Shown: positions 15,767 through 24,724 of the stretch, one piece after another
Numbering within the stretch: the stretch's first letter is position 1
Layout: each line of letters starts with the position of its first letter
Virus record (IMG/VR): IMGVR_UViG_3300023103_000007
Span: 1 to 52,332 of that record
DNA length: 52,332 bases
From: a virus
Taxonomy: Duplodnaviria > Caudoviricetes
Direction: 5' to 3' (one strand)
The notes under the pieces: model-generated
What the model saw: the letters and a program-made list of their open reading frames with translations, nothing else
Told to the model about the DNA's origin: nothing
The model's database searches: none
Translations under genes and position numbers: made by a program

Positions 15767-17755
15767 ATGGCAAGGAAGCCATCATACACAGGACAGATGC
15801 CACTCTTTAAACCAGAGAGTAGCTGGCAGGTTCCCACTGAGCTGCCGGACCTGAGGGGCGCAGAGCTACTGGCTCTCGACACAGAGACCAGGGACGATGG
15901 ACTGAGCTCCGGAAGAGGACCAGGCTGGGCTACCGGCGCGGGGAGGATCGTGGGAGTATCTGTGGCGGTGACAGGCAGGTCATGGTACATACCAGTGGCT
16001 CACCCAGAGACCCAGTGCTTCGACAGGGAGGCCGTGGGTCGGTGGCTCGGCGACCTGATCAGCAGCGCTGGAGCCTGTGTGTTCCAGAATGCACCCTATG
16101 ATCTCGGCTGGCTCAGGAGGGAGTGGGGCATCTCCCCTCCCCGACAGGTGCACGACACTGTGGCTCTTGCCTATATGCTGGATGAGAATCGCCTCACCTA
16201 TCGTCTGGATGATCTCTGCAGGTGGCAGGGAGTCCCAGGAAAGGATGAGACTGGTCTCCGTGAGGCGGCTGCGGCCTATGGTGTGGACCCAAAGGCTGAG
16301 CTCTGGAGGCTTCCTGCTCGGTACGTAGGTTCCTACGCAGAGAGGGATGCTGAGTCCTGTCTTGAGCTGTTCCACAAGTTTCATCCTCAGGTTGTGGAGC
16401 AGGGTCTGACTGATGCCTATCAGCTGGAGATGGACCTCATTCCCATGATTCTGGAGATGAGGTGGCGTGGTGTCTGCATAGACATGTCTGCGGCTGAGCA
16501 GGTGAGGGGTGAGATGCAGTCCCTGGTGGACCAGAAGCTTGCTGAGATTGCGAGGAACCTGGGATCCTCTCGCCCTGTCGACATGAAAGACGTGAGGTCC
16601 CCAGCATGGCTCGAGAGAACCTTTACTCAGGAGGGGGTTCCCTTCAGCAGAACACCCAAGACAGGGAGAGGATCCTTTGAGTCTAAGTGGATGTCGAAGT
16701 TTGATCACTGGCTCCCCCGGCTGGTCTCACAGGCGACTATGCTTCACGATGCTGGTGAGAAGTTCATACGACAGTACATCATGGATTTTACCCACATGGG
16801 TCGTCTACACGCAGAGATACACCAGTTCCGTGGGGAGGAGCGGGGAGGGACGCGCAGCTATCGGTTGGCATACTCCAATCCTCCCCTGCAGCAGATGCCG
16901 GCTCGTGTGCCGGAGATCTCCAGGGCTATTCGTGGTCTGTTCCTGCCGGAGTCTGGAGACCTGTGGGCTGCTCTCGACTATAGTCAGCAGGAGTATAGAC
17001 TCATTGCTCACTTTGCTGCTGTCTGCAGGATGACTGGAGCTGATGAGGCTGTCGCCAGGTACGAGGAGAATCCCAACACTGACTTCCACCAGATGGTTGC
17101 TGACATGGCTCAGATACCGAGGAAGCAGGCAAAGAACATAAACTTCGGCATCGCGTATGGTGAGGGTAAGCACAAGCTCGCAGCTGACCTGGGTGTTCCG
17201 CTGGACGAGGCAGTGAGACTTCTGGAGTCTGTCGACAGCAACGCACCATTCGTGCGCAGACTGTCAGAGTTCTGCTCCAAGCGTGCTGAGCAGCGAGGAT
17301 ACATAAAGCTGCTCGATGGTGCTCGATCCAGGTTCGATGACTGGGAGCCAAGGTGGAGGGATAGGACAGCAGAGAGTGAGAGTAGACTACCATGCAATCC
17401 CTGCTCTCTGGATGAGGCTCGCAGGAGGATCGCAGACCCACAGCACCCCTGGTCAGGCAAACTGAAGAGAGCCTTTACACACAAGTCCATGAACAGACTT
17501 ATACAGGGCTCAGCTGCTCGTCAGACAAAGAGGGCTATGTTGGCCTGCTGGCGCGAGGGTATCATACCTCTCCTGCAGATGCACGACGAGCTTGACTTCT
17601 CAGTTGGTGATGAGACCATGGCTCGTCGTGCACAGCAGATAATGGTGGAGACAGTCCCCCTCATGGTGCCTGTTGTCGTTGACGCAGAGTTCGGTAGGAG
17701 CTGGGGTGAGGCCACTCACTCAGAGTGGTTGTCAGCTCTTGCCAGTGTCTCCTGA
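15767..17755 (+). CDS. polA: DNA polymerase family A with 3'-5' exonuclease
   Basis: ALDTET, QNAPYD, YAERDA exo motifs; DYSQQEYR (A), RKQAKNINFGIAYG (B), MHDEL (C). Confidence 0.95.
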   Translation: MARKPSYTGQMPLFKPESSWQVPTELPDLRGAELLALDTETRDDGLSSGRGPGWATGAGRIVGVSVAVTGRSWYIPVAHPETQCFDREAVGRWLGDLISSAGACVFQNAPYDLGWLRREWGISPPRQVHDTVALAYMLDENRLTYRLDDLCRWQGVPGKDETGLREAAAAYGVDPKAELWRLPARYVGSYAERDAESCLELFHKFHPQVVEQGLTDAYQLEMDLIPMILEMRWRGVCIDMSAAEQVRGEMQSLVDQKLAEIARNLGSSRPVDMKDVRSPAWLERTFTQEGVPFSRTPKTGRGSFESKWMSKFDHWLPRLVSQATMLHDAGEKFIRQYIMDFTHMGRLHAEIHQFRGEERGGTRSYRLAYSNPPLQQMPARVPEISRAIRGLFLPESGDLWAALDYSQQEYRLIAHFAAVCRMTGADEAVARYEENPNTDFHQMVADMAQIPRKQAKNINFGIAYGEGKHKLAADLGVPLDEAVRLLESVDSNAPFVRRLSEFCSKRAEQRGYIKLLDGARSRFDDWEPRWRDRTAESESRLPCNPCSLDEARRRIADPQHPWSGKLKRAFTHKSMNRLIQGSAARQTKRAMLACWREGIIPLLQMHDELDFSVGDETMARRAQQIMVETVPLMVPVVVDAEFGRSWGEATHSEWLSALASVS

Positions 17756-17992
17756 GTCCTCAGACGTGAGTACATCCTCTGGGAGTTTACCGAGAAGCTC
17801 CCAGTTCTCACAGATTGTTCTTATGATGTATTTACTCTTGAACTCTATGTCTGGTCTCACCTGACACACTCTCCCTGATGATGGGTGACTGAGGAACACT
17901 ACTGTTACCAGCTCCTCATCTTGAGTGCCTTGATCTACTATATTTCGAGCTAGACCATGCACTATGTGTGGTGTATGTCTCTCCCTCATCAT
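17732..17992 (-). CDS. Hypothetical protein
   Basis: ATGA-coupled to the upstream gene; last gene of the leftward operon. Confidence 0.45.
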   Translation of the reverse strand: MMRERHTPHIVHGLARNIVDQGTQDEELVTVVFLSHPSSGRVCQVRPDIEFKSKYIIRTICENWELLGKLPEDVLTSEDSGDTGKS

Positions 17993-18642
17993 GATATCTC
18001 TCCGCTAGATAGAGTGACGGAGTATCCTGCCTGGTATCCGTCCATGAAGGAGGGAGTTGCACGAGTTGGGAGTGATCTTCTGGGTTTGATGTCGGGATAC
18101 AGATCTCTCATGAAGTCTCCTGCCTGCTCGAGCTCAGACTTGTAGAGGACAGGAAGTCGGCTGTCCCCAGAGGCTGCTCCTCGTCCCTCCTCAGCCTCCA
18201 CTGAAAGCCTGTAGAGGCGAGCAGCTATGCTGGTGCCGCACCCCCTCTCGAAGTTGAGTCGCTCTCTCCTGACCAGGCTGTATTCTCTTGCCATCCTGAC
18301 CACTGTCCTGTCAAGGTGCATCATCATCTCTACAGCAACTCTTGCTCTGTCAGGACGACCTACTATACCCAACTTCCTTTCTCTGCTATATATGATTGCC
18401 TCGCACATGTACAACTTGGCACAGGCACTGTACAGTGTTATCCTCCACTTGTCCGTATACGTGAAGCTCTGTATGGTCTCCGTGATACTATTACCTGTGT
18501 CGGGACCAACGTCCGACAGGGTCAGACCCTCCCTGAGGAGGATCTCCTGCGCCTTCTGAGCAAGAGCCTCTGCCTCGTGCTCACTACTGGTGCTCTCGGC
18601 CTTGGCCAGCAGTTTCCTGACCTTCTCTAGTGTCTTACTCAC
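17989..18642 (-). CDS. DUF2786-domain protein
   Basis: LEKVRKLLAKAE...EHEAE...KAQEIL N-terminus. Confidence 0.8.
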   Translation of the reverse strand: MSKTLEKVRKLLAKAESTSSEHEAEALAQKAQEILLREGLTLSDVGPDTGNSITETIQSFTYTDKWRITLYSACAKLYMCEAIIYSRERKLGIVGRPDRARVAVEMMMHLDRTVVRMAREYSLVRRERLNFERGCGTSIAARLYRLSVEAEEGRGAASGDSRLPVLYKSELEQAGDFMRDLYPDIKPRRSLPTRATPSFMDGYQAGYSVTLSSGEIS

Positions 18643-18821
18643 AGGTATCCTCCTGTCGCCTCGATGTCCTCAAGAGCACATACCAGACCATCGAAGTCCT
18701 CCTCCGGACCGAGGAGACCAGCCAGCTCAAGGACTGTGTCAATGTCTACACCATAGTCCTCTGCCATACACTCGAGGTATTCCCGTCGGTTCTTGTACCC
18801 ACTCTCTGTGTAAATGCTCAC
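18639..18821 (-). CDS. Small acidic phage protein
   Basis: Likely GTG start: MSIYTESGYKNRREYLECMAEDYGVD...LLGPEEDFDGLV; directly downstream of the 18858-18886 promoter. Confidence 0.7.
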   Translation of the reverse strand: MSIYTESGYKNRREYLECMAEDYGVDIDTVLELAGLLGPEEDFDGLVCALEDIEATGGYL

Positions 18822-18857
18822 TGCTCTCTCCATATGTGTGATCCGCGCTACAGACAC

Positions 18858-18886
18858 ACTATAGCGCGGATCATCAGTCCTGTAAA
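18858..18886 (-). promoter_or_regulatory. Phage promoter (TTTAC family) overlapped by an inverted repeat
   Basis: TTTACA-N17-TATAGT; TGATCCGCGCTA/TAGCGCGGATCA inverted repeat at 18839-18873. Confidence 0.7.
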
Positions 18887-18901
18887 GCCCCATGTAGAGG
18901 T

Positions 18902-19948
18902 CTAGTCGAGAGCCTCTCCAATCTTGTCACTGAGGGACTCAAGAGAGTTCCTGAGGGTGTCCAGCTCATCCTCGCTGAGGACAGACTGCTTCCTAATACT
19001 CTCACGAATCTCGTCTATCTCATCACGGACATCAGAGAGAGTAACTGTACTTCTACTCACCTGGTTGTAATAGTGTGCTGGAGGTTGCAGCTTAGGTATG
19101 ACGTCATCACCCTCATAGTGCATATCCCTAGCCACCCGCTTGACTCTCTCACTGGCATAGTCCCAGTCAATAGTGCTCTCCCAGCTGTCTCGTGCAGCAA
19201 CAGCAGTCCTGATCACCCCCTCCGGACAGTCGTATCGAGACAGCTGGGAGACTACACAGTACGCTGCAGTCCACTGGGATGCCAGTGTTCTGTCCTCAGT
19301 CAGGGTCATATCAGTCAGGAAGTTGTACGTATGTCGTGATGGCTTCTCAAGATCACACACACGAATTCCACGATAGTACAAGTGTTGGCTCTCTCCCTCC
19401 AGTATCTGCAAGTCCCTCTCTCCCTCATATAGCACAGCCCTACTCTCTTGAAGAAAGACTGACTCCTCACCCTCAGCAATCTCGGCGAACCCCTCCCCGA
19501 TCACCCTGATGACTGTCTGTCCTGACACAAGCGGTGAGGGGGTCTGTGTGCTGCTGTGTACAGATGTGCTACCATTCTCGTCTAGAGTATTACTCTGTAG
19601 CTCACGAAATGCCTGCCACAGCTTCCAGTGCTTTCCCAGCTCAGTCGTGAAGGGGAGGGACTCATACTGCCACTTGGAGAGTAGTCCTGAGCGTCTCTTC
19701 ATGCGAACATGACTGAACTCTGCTCCGCGGAAGCTGTCGCTCTTGGTGTACAGCACATACTCCACGCCATCTATGTTCATCTCCACCTGTCCTCCGTGAC
19801 GTAGGATGACGGCGATGGCGTACTTGAGGCCAGTGCCGAACTGACCTATTGGGCTCCTGGTGCATGGCTTGGCACTCATCCCGAAGGTGGTTATGGCGCG
19901 TATGTCCAGCGACCCTGGTGTGGTGAACTCAGTGTATCTCTCAGTCAT
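18902..19948 (-). CDS. GHKL/HATPase-like ATPase with permuted motif order
   Basis: IGQFGTGLK (G2 box) precedes RELQSNTLDE (N box). Confidence 0.7.
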   Translation of the reverse strand: MTERYTEFTTPGSLDIRAITTFGMSAKPCTRSPIGQFGTGLKYAIAVILRHGGQVEMNIDGVEYVLYTKSDSFRGAEFSHVRMKRRSGLLSKWQYESLPFTTELGKHWKLWQAFRELQSNTLDENGSTSVHSSTQTPSPLVSGQTVIRVIGEGFAEIAEGEESVFLQESRAVLYEGERDLQILEGESQHLYYRGIRVCDLEKPSRHTYNFLTDMTLTEDRTLASQWTAAYCVVSQLSRYDCPEGVIRTAVAARDSWESTIDWDYASERVKRVARDMHYEGDDVIPKLQPPAHYYNQVSRSTVTLSDVRDEIDEIRESIRKQSVLSEDELDTLRNSLESLSDKIGEALD

Positions 19949-19959
19949 TGTAGTGTCCT

Positions 19960-20133
19960 CTATGATATGTTGTCTATGTTGATGGCTATCATCAGGTTTA
20001 TCAGTGATGGTAGAGAGAGGATAATCCTCTCTCTTAGTGTAAGTCTGGGGTCTACTACTGCCTGACCCAGCATCTTTCCTCCAATCAAGCCAGCAAGACC
20101 CAGTAGTGACAGAGTGAGGAGGTTATGCTCCAC
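19960..20133 (-). CDS. Small membrane protein
   Basis: GTG start after GGGAGG; two hydrophobic stretches. Confidence 0.45.
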   Translation of the reverse strand: MEHNLLTLSLLGLAGLIGGKMLGQAVVDPRLTLRERIILSLPSLINLMIAINIDNIS

Positions 20134-20659
20134 GCATTGCCTCCCAGACTGCATCCTGCAGCAGCCAGGGACGAAAGTCGTTGCCGTCAACACCAACGTC
20201 CAGACGACCATGTCTCTCTCGTCGGGAGACGACGGGACAGTGACTGTGTCCATGTAGGTGAACAGCACCATGATGCTGTCCGTTCCACCTCTCAATGGGA
20301 AAGTGAAACATCACCACCTTCAGGTCTCGTGACTCCTCCACTGGACTGGGGTGCTTCACCTCACAGTAGGCAGAGACATAGTCCCACTCCGAGGGAGCTG
20401 TGCTACCCTGAACCCTGTCGTGATTCCCCCTGACCAAGAACTTCCTACCCCTCAATTGGCGCAGGTAGGACTTGCATACTGCTGGACTCCCCAGAGAGAA
20501 GTCCCCCAGGACATACACCTGGTCCCTCTCAGTGATGATCTCGTTCCACCTCTCTATGATGACACTGTCCATCTCCTCAATAGTCTTGAATGGTCGTCGG
20601 CAGTGTCGCAGTATGTTCTCATGCCCAAGATGTAGATCAGATGTTACGAATGTCCTCAT
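20123..20659 (-). CDS. Calcineurin-like metallophosphoesterase
   Basis: SDLH.GH, LGDF, GNHD, HFP, HGHSH. Confidence 0.93.
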   Translation of the reverse strand: MRTFVTSDLHLGHENILRHCRRPFKTIEEMDSVIIERWNEIITERDQVYVLGDFSLGSPAVCKSYLRQLRGRKFLVRGNHDRVQGSTAPSEWDYVSAYCEVKHPSPVEESRDLKVVMFHFPIERWNGQHHGAVHLHGHSHCPVVSRRERHGRLDVGVDGNDFRPWLLQDAVWEAMRGA

Positions 20660-20973
20660 GATGACTCCCTGTCGTATGCAGCCAGAACCATAGTGGTGGC
20701 CTGCGCCAGTGTACTCACGCTGTGATGCACCCAGACCCTGATATCCTCACTGAGCCTCACCTCCCTGTACTCCACGTCCGGACAGGGGTGCCGGAGACGA
20801 TCATACTCTCCACCTATGCAGAGAGACCAAGAGTCCCCACTCCTCACCTCCTGCTCTACTCTAGTACTCACTACTCCCCTGCATACATGATCATCCTCAT
20901 CACGGATGTCAGTCCTGCAGTGAGGGCAGACTATCTCATAGTGTCCCATCTCTGTCCTCCTCTGTAGACTCAC
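20656..20973 (-). CDS. Hypothetical protein (CxxC)
   Basis: Coupled ORF in the leftward operon. Confidence 0.55.
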   Translation of the reverse strand: MSLQRRTEMGHYEIVCPHCRTDIRDEDDHVCRGVVSTRVEQEVRSGDSWSLCIGGEYDRLRHPCPDVEYREVRLSEDIRVWVHHSVSTLAQATTMVLAAYDRESS

Positions 20974-20976
20974 TCA

Positions 20977-21531
20977 CTATACACCATTGTCGTCAGGAAG
21001 TAAACCCCTCATCCTGATGTACTCCCTCTGCCGCCTCATCTCCTGCCTGGACAGAGAGTGACACTGCTGCAGAGCCCAGCCACCACGACGATGACCAACA
21101 CTCAGGATCATCCCCCCCGCGCTCCTCAGGATGGCGAGAGCCTCCTTCTCTGTCGGGGAGGGGTCTCTTGTCCCTGGCTCCTGCCACCTCGAGCCGCTGC
21201 TGTGGTTCGTGATGGGTGTGCGAAGCTCACTCCTGATCATCTGCAGAGCCCACATGGACTCACTGTGCAGGACCACCTCCTCCAGAGCTACTGGGATCCC
21301 CAGGGAGACCACCCACTGCAGCCCAAGGACTACCGCCCAGAGCTCCGCCTGGTTGCTACTGGTGAGGACGGCAGGTATCCTGCCACTCGTCCTCTGCCCG
21401 TAGCACAGAGCTGCCCACCCTGCGGCTCCTGTCCGGGGACAGTACGAGGCTCCAGTGACCACACTCAGCACGGCTGCAGTCCCGTGTGAGCTGATATCTC
21501 CTGCAGTGTCCTGGCTGAGCAGAAGTGCCAC
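20977..21531 (-). CDS. RNase HI-fold protein with degenerate catalytic residues
   Basis: VTGASYCP..GAAGWA, SSNQAELWA...GL, LHSES..AL, QQCHSLSR; the start may be GTG 21468. Confidence 0.6.
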   Translation of the reverse strand: MALLLSQDTAGDISSHGTAAVLSVVTGASYCPRTGAAGWAALCYGQRTSGRIPAVLTSSNQAELWAVVLGLQWVVSLGIPVALEEVVLHSESMWALQMIRSELRTPITNHSSGSRWQEPGTRDPSPTEKEALAILRSAGGMILSVGHRRGGWALQQCHSLSRQEMRRQREYIRMRGLLPDDNGV

Positions 21532-21749
21532 ACAGTCTCATCCACTACCACCCTTCCAGTGACACTCTGCAGCAGCTCTCTTGCTCTGCGATAGTTGCTG
21601 ACCACCAGAACAGTGTCTCCGTGACCTGGCCTGATATCAGCTAGTGTCCGACGGAGAGCTGTGGCTCTACTCCGGCTGTGTACTATCACGGTGTGCGGCT
21701 CCTGTCCCATCTCCCTCACCATTTTATCTGTCTCCACAAACACACTCAT
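21465..21749 (-). CDS. Hypothetical protein
   Basis: ATG 21749 after GGAGGG; overlaps both neighbours. Confidence 0.55.
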   Translation of the reverse strand: MSVFVETDKMVREMGQEPHTVIVHSRSRATALRRTLADIRPGHGDTVLVVSNYRRARELLQSVTGRVVVDETVWHFCSARTLQEISAHTGLQPC

Positions 21750-21853
21750 ATCACCCTCCACAGGTATACTGGCTCATGAAGCCACCTCAGCGCAGTCACT
21801 AGAGTCACACCAAGAGCGAGAAGCAGGAGCGCAGTCAGTATCCACCTGATCAC
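21746..21853 (-). CDS. 35-aa membrane peptide
   Basis: Not in the ORF track: MIRWILTALLLLALGVTLVTALRWLHEPVYLWRVI; GTGA/ATGA coupling on both sides. Confidence 0.55.
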   Translation of the reverse strand: MIRWILTALLLLALGVTLVTALRWLHEPVYLWRVI

Positions 21854-22296
21854 AGCTGTCTCTCCACCACACTCACACTGGTCATCATGGTGACCCTGGC
21901 CACCACCTGATCACCAGCCCCATCACGAGTCAGTCTCAAGGCTTCACCTCTCGCTCTCTCCTCCGCCATCATCTCCAGACCAGAGACAGAGAGAACAACC
22001 CAGACACAGTCCCCTCCACTGTCGGTTGGCTCAGCATCGCTCCCTCTCCTTGGTATCTTTCTTCCTGGCTTCCCGCCAGGAGTAGTTCTCCCAGTTGGTA
22101 TGTACGCAGTGACGTCAGTCCTCTCGTACATACCTGACCCAACACGGATAATGTCACCCGACCTCATCAACCTCACCATACATCCACTGGCAGAGCCAGG
22201 GGTCACTCCAGTATCCCTGACCACCTCACTCACGTGAAACCTCTGCCCGCAGCGGAGGGAGTGAACCCACTCAACTATCCTCTGTGTCTGGCTCAT
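21850..22296 (-). CDS. Winged-helix DNA-binding protein
   Basis: FHVSEVVRDTGVTPGSASGCMVRLMRSGDIIRVGSGMY; ATG 22296 after GAGGAG. Confidence 0.65.
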   Translation of the reverse strand: MSQTQRIVEWVHSLRCGQRFHVSEVVRDTGVTPGSASGCMVRLMRSGDIIRVGSGMYERTDVTAYIPTGRTTPGGKPGRKIPRRGSDAEPTDSGGDCVWVVLSVSGLEMMAEERARGEALRLTRDGAGDQVVARVTMMTSVSVVERQL

Positions 22297-22306
22297 CTCT
22301 GTCTCC

Positions 22307-22804
22307 TCACTGCTCTGGGGTGGTCGGGGAGGGATCCTGGGTCGGCTCATCGGTCGGCTGGGCTGGGTTGACCACACGAATGTGACCATGGTCCACGTTC
22401 CAGCAGAGGTCAGCACGCTGACGGAATCGGGGCTTGTCAGGCTGGAGAGCCTGAGCCCTGTCCAGGAACTCACCGACCGTCATCCCTGTTCGGTACAGGG
22501 CGAATATCTGGTGAGCCTTACTGCGAGCACGCTTCGGATTGCATGGTGCCAGCACCTCAATTACCTGATCCTCGGAGAAGTATCCCCTCCCCGCTCCCCG
22601 ACGACGCTCGTCACTCACTGTGTCGTCCAGGTCATGCAGGAACTTGTCCTCCCCAACATAGCACCCCTCTGTGTCCATCAGCTTCTGCAGTCGGCGCTCA
22701 GCTGTGTCACGGTCGCTGAACTTCTTGACTGGCCTGTCGCTCAGGGCGTTGTAGAGCTCGACTATCTTCGCCAGGCTCAGGCTGCTCAGCGGTATCTTCC
22801 TCAT
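22307..22804 (-). CDS. NPKR-domain protein 2
   Basis: N-terminal LVELYN...VKKFSDR..A.RRL-like helix; NPKRARSKAHQIFALYRTGMTVGEF...ADLCWNVDHGHIRV. Confidence 0.8.
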   Translation of the reverse strand: MRKIPLSSLSLAKIVELYNALSDRPVKKFSDRDTAERRLQKLMDTEGCYVGEDKFLHDLDDTVSDERRRGAGRGYFSEDQVIEVLAPCNPKRARSKAHQIFALYRTGMTVGEFLDRAQALQPDKPRFRQRADLCWNVDHGHIRVVNPAQPTDEPTQDPSPTTPEQ

Positions 22805-22836
22805 TGTCTTCTCTCCTTGTGTCTTACCTGAGACAG

Positions 22837-22865
22837 ATCATAGCTCATGATCTCAGGGCTGTAAA
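22837..22865 (-). promoter_or_regulatory. Phage promoter (TTTAC family)
   Basis: TTTACA-N17-TATGAT. Confidence 0.7.
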
Positions 22866-22887
22866 GCGAAATGTTGATGAATCTGTG

Positions 22888-22903
22888 TTATACCTTAGTA
22901 TAA
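22888..22903. promoter_or_regulatory. Palindromic operator-like site
   Basis: TTATAC-CTTA-GTATAA; identical copy at 24108-24123. Confidence 0.65.
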
Positions 22904-22921
22904 TGCCTGAGTGCACTCCTC

Positions 22922-23245
22922 TCAGGCACCATCAGGGCTGAGACCAAGCCTCCGCCTCACGAACTCCAGGCGTGCTGGTGTCAGGTCACACCTTCTGTTA
23001 GACATGTACTCACCATCACTCTCGAATGGTGAGTACCCATCGTATGGTCCAAGGTCGCGCTCAAGCACTCCAGTCACGTCCCATCTGTCATCACTGCTAA
23101 GTTCTCTGTCGCAGCACCAGAACCTGAGGTTGTCACACAGGCCAGCATCACTGACCATGGTACCACCTTCAGGCGCACCACTCTCGGCCCACTCAAGCCA
23201 CTCTCTGTAGAACATGTCCAGCAACTCTCTTGCAGTATATGTCAC
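22922..23245 (-). CDS. Hypothetical early protein
   Basis: FYREWLEWAESGAP...GLCDNL...PARLEFVR; GTGA coupling. Confidence 0.7.
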   Translation of the reverse strand: MTYTARELLDMFYREWLEWAESGAPEGGTMVSDAGLCDNLRFWCCDRELSSDDRWDVTGVLERDLGPYDGYSPFESDGEYMSNRRCDLTPARLEFVRRRLGLSPDGA

Positions 23246-23580
23246 AGCCTCATCTCCATCTGTCTCACATCAACTGATGCACCACCTACACCAACCCTCG
23301 CCCACACACCAGTCCTGTGGTGCGCTGCACTCAGCAGGTCGCATGTCTCACTCAGCATCCTGCTCTCCTCATCACTCAGCCCCCTGGCCACCTCCCTCGC
23401 CCTCAGCAGATGGTGTCGGTAGCACACCCTCATCACCAACCTACTCTCATCGGACATTGGAACCCCTCCACCAAAACTACCCACCACCAGCCAGCCTCGC
23501 ACCTTGGCTGCCTCACTCAGGTGAGATCGTATCCTCACCTGTCTCATCCAGTCATCGGGGAGGGGGTGGTTCATCTCCAT
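23242..23580 (-). CDS. Hypothetical early protein
   Basis: TGATG coupling; start re-assigned to ATG 23580. Confidence 0.55.
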   Translation of the reverse strand: MEMNHPLPDDWMRQVRIRSHLSEAAKVRGWLVVGSFGGGVPMSDESRLVMRVCYRHHLLRAREVARGLSDEESRMLSETCDLLSAAHHRTGVWARVGVGGASVDVRQMEMRL

Positions 23581-23792
23581 CAGTCCACTCTCCTCAGGAT
23601 GCAGCTGTTGCTGCTCTGTGGTACGACAACCATTCGGCATATGCGTCTCTCCCCAGACAAGGAGGGACTCATGTTGACCATGGCGTCTCCCTCATGAGTG
23701 AGGGTCATCATGATACTGGTACCGTCAGGTAGGATCACCCTCACTGACTGATCCCTGTACCTCAGGCTAACTACTGTACTCATGTCTGTCAT
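23580..23792 (-). CDS. Hypothetical early protein
   Basis: Beta-rich 70-aa ORF in the operon. Confidence 0.5.
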   Translation of the reverse strand: MTDMSTVVSLRYRDQSVRVILPDGTSIMMTLTHEGDAMVNMSPSLSGERRICRMVVVPQSSNSCILRRVD

Positions 23793-23797
23793 AGGTA

Positions 23798-23884
23798 TCA
23801 CCCCAGCAGTGTATTTGCAGCAAGGGACCAAAGTGGCATCGTAGCCAGCAGACCCCAGACGATCTTCTCTCTCACGCTCAGCAT
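23798..23884 (-). CDS. 28-aa hydrophobic peptide
   Basis: Not in the ORF track: MLSVREKIVWGLLATMPLWSLAANTLLG; GGGAGG RBS and TGATG coupling. Confidence 0.45.
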   Translation of the reverse strand: MLSVREKIVWGLLATMPLWSLAANTLLG

Positions 23885-24027
23885 CACATCACCTCCCATC
23901 TTGTGTAGAACACCACCCGACCACTGACCATGCAGCGCCCATGTACCTTGTACACCTCAACTACTCGCCCCTGTGCCCTCAGCTCCGCTGCAAGGGCTGT
24001 GGCCTGCCGTCTTGTCATCCTGGTCAT
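23884..24027 (-). CDS. 47-aa first early protein
   Basis: Not in the ORF track: MTRMTRRQATALAAELRAQGRVVEVYKVHG...; GAGGAG RBS downstream of the 24057-24085 promoter. Confidence 0.6.
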   Translation of the reverse strand: MTRMTRRQATALAAELRAQGRVVEVYKVHGRCMVSGRVVFYTRWEVM

Positions 24028-24056
24028 CTGTGGTCTCCTCTGTCTGTCCTGACACT

Positions 24057-24085
24057 ACACTAGCGCAGCTCGAGGAGGAAGTAAA
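24057..24085 (-). promoter_or_regulatory. Phage promoter (TTTAC family)
   Basis: TTTACT-N17-TAGTGT. Confidence 0.55.
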
Positions 24086-24107
24086 GTGACTTGATGATGG
24101 TTGTGTG

Positions 24108-24123
24108 TTATACCTTAGTATAA
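24108..24123. promoter_or_regulatory. Palindromic operator-like site
   Basis: TTATACCTTAGTATAA, at the same distance from the -35 as the copy at 22888. Confidence 0.65.
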
Positions 24124-24165
24124 CATGGCTCGCAGACTGTGGAGTATGGTGAACGAGCGCGTGCG

Positions 24166-24194
24166 CACATACTACATTCTCTGCAGGATGTAAA
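24166..24194 (-). promoter_or_regulatory. Candidate phage promoter (TTTAC family)
   Basis: TTTACA-N17-TATGTG. Confidence 0.4.
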
Positions 24195-24674
24195 CCCCTA
24201 CCATAGTATAATACAAATTCACTCTACATCCCTCATGATCCGGACTAGTGTGGTCCAGGGTCACTGGTCTTAACTTCAGTGCCATGACCCCAGTCGTGGT
24301 CTACAGCGACGACAAGCTGCACCAGATCGAGGTCGCCCACCCAGTGAGCAATATGAGCACTATCACCCTGTACTGGCATCACGGATGACGCCTCATCTCC
24401 ACCAGACCTCGCCACCACGCTCTCTCCTCGAGGCTATCGAGGAGGGTCTGGGGAGGGAGGGGTGAGACTCATGAATCCTCAGAGCATGGTGGATGACTCA
24501 GGAGGTATCCTGATACCTCTGTCTGCCAGTGGGTGTGGATGAGGTGATCGGGATGATGGTCTGTGGTGTGTGGTGTGTGGTGTGCTGTGAGGAGAGGGTG
24601 GACTGCAGGGGGTGGTGTTTGGACCGAGTCCACCGACCAACGGCCACCATCCCCTATCTTCGCCTGTCTCACCA

Positions 24675-24724
24675 TATCATATGATATCATCACCTATCAT
24701 ATGATATCGTATACTTTAGTATAA
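24675..24724. repeat. Tandem palindromes plus an operator variant
   Basis: TATCATATGATA at 24675 and 24695 (20-bp period), then GTATACTTTAGTATAA at 24709-24724. Confidence 0.75.
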
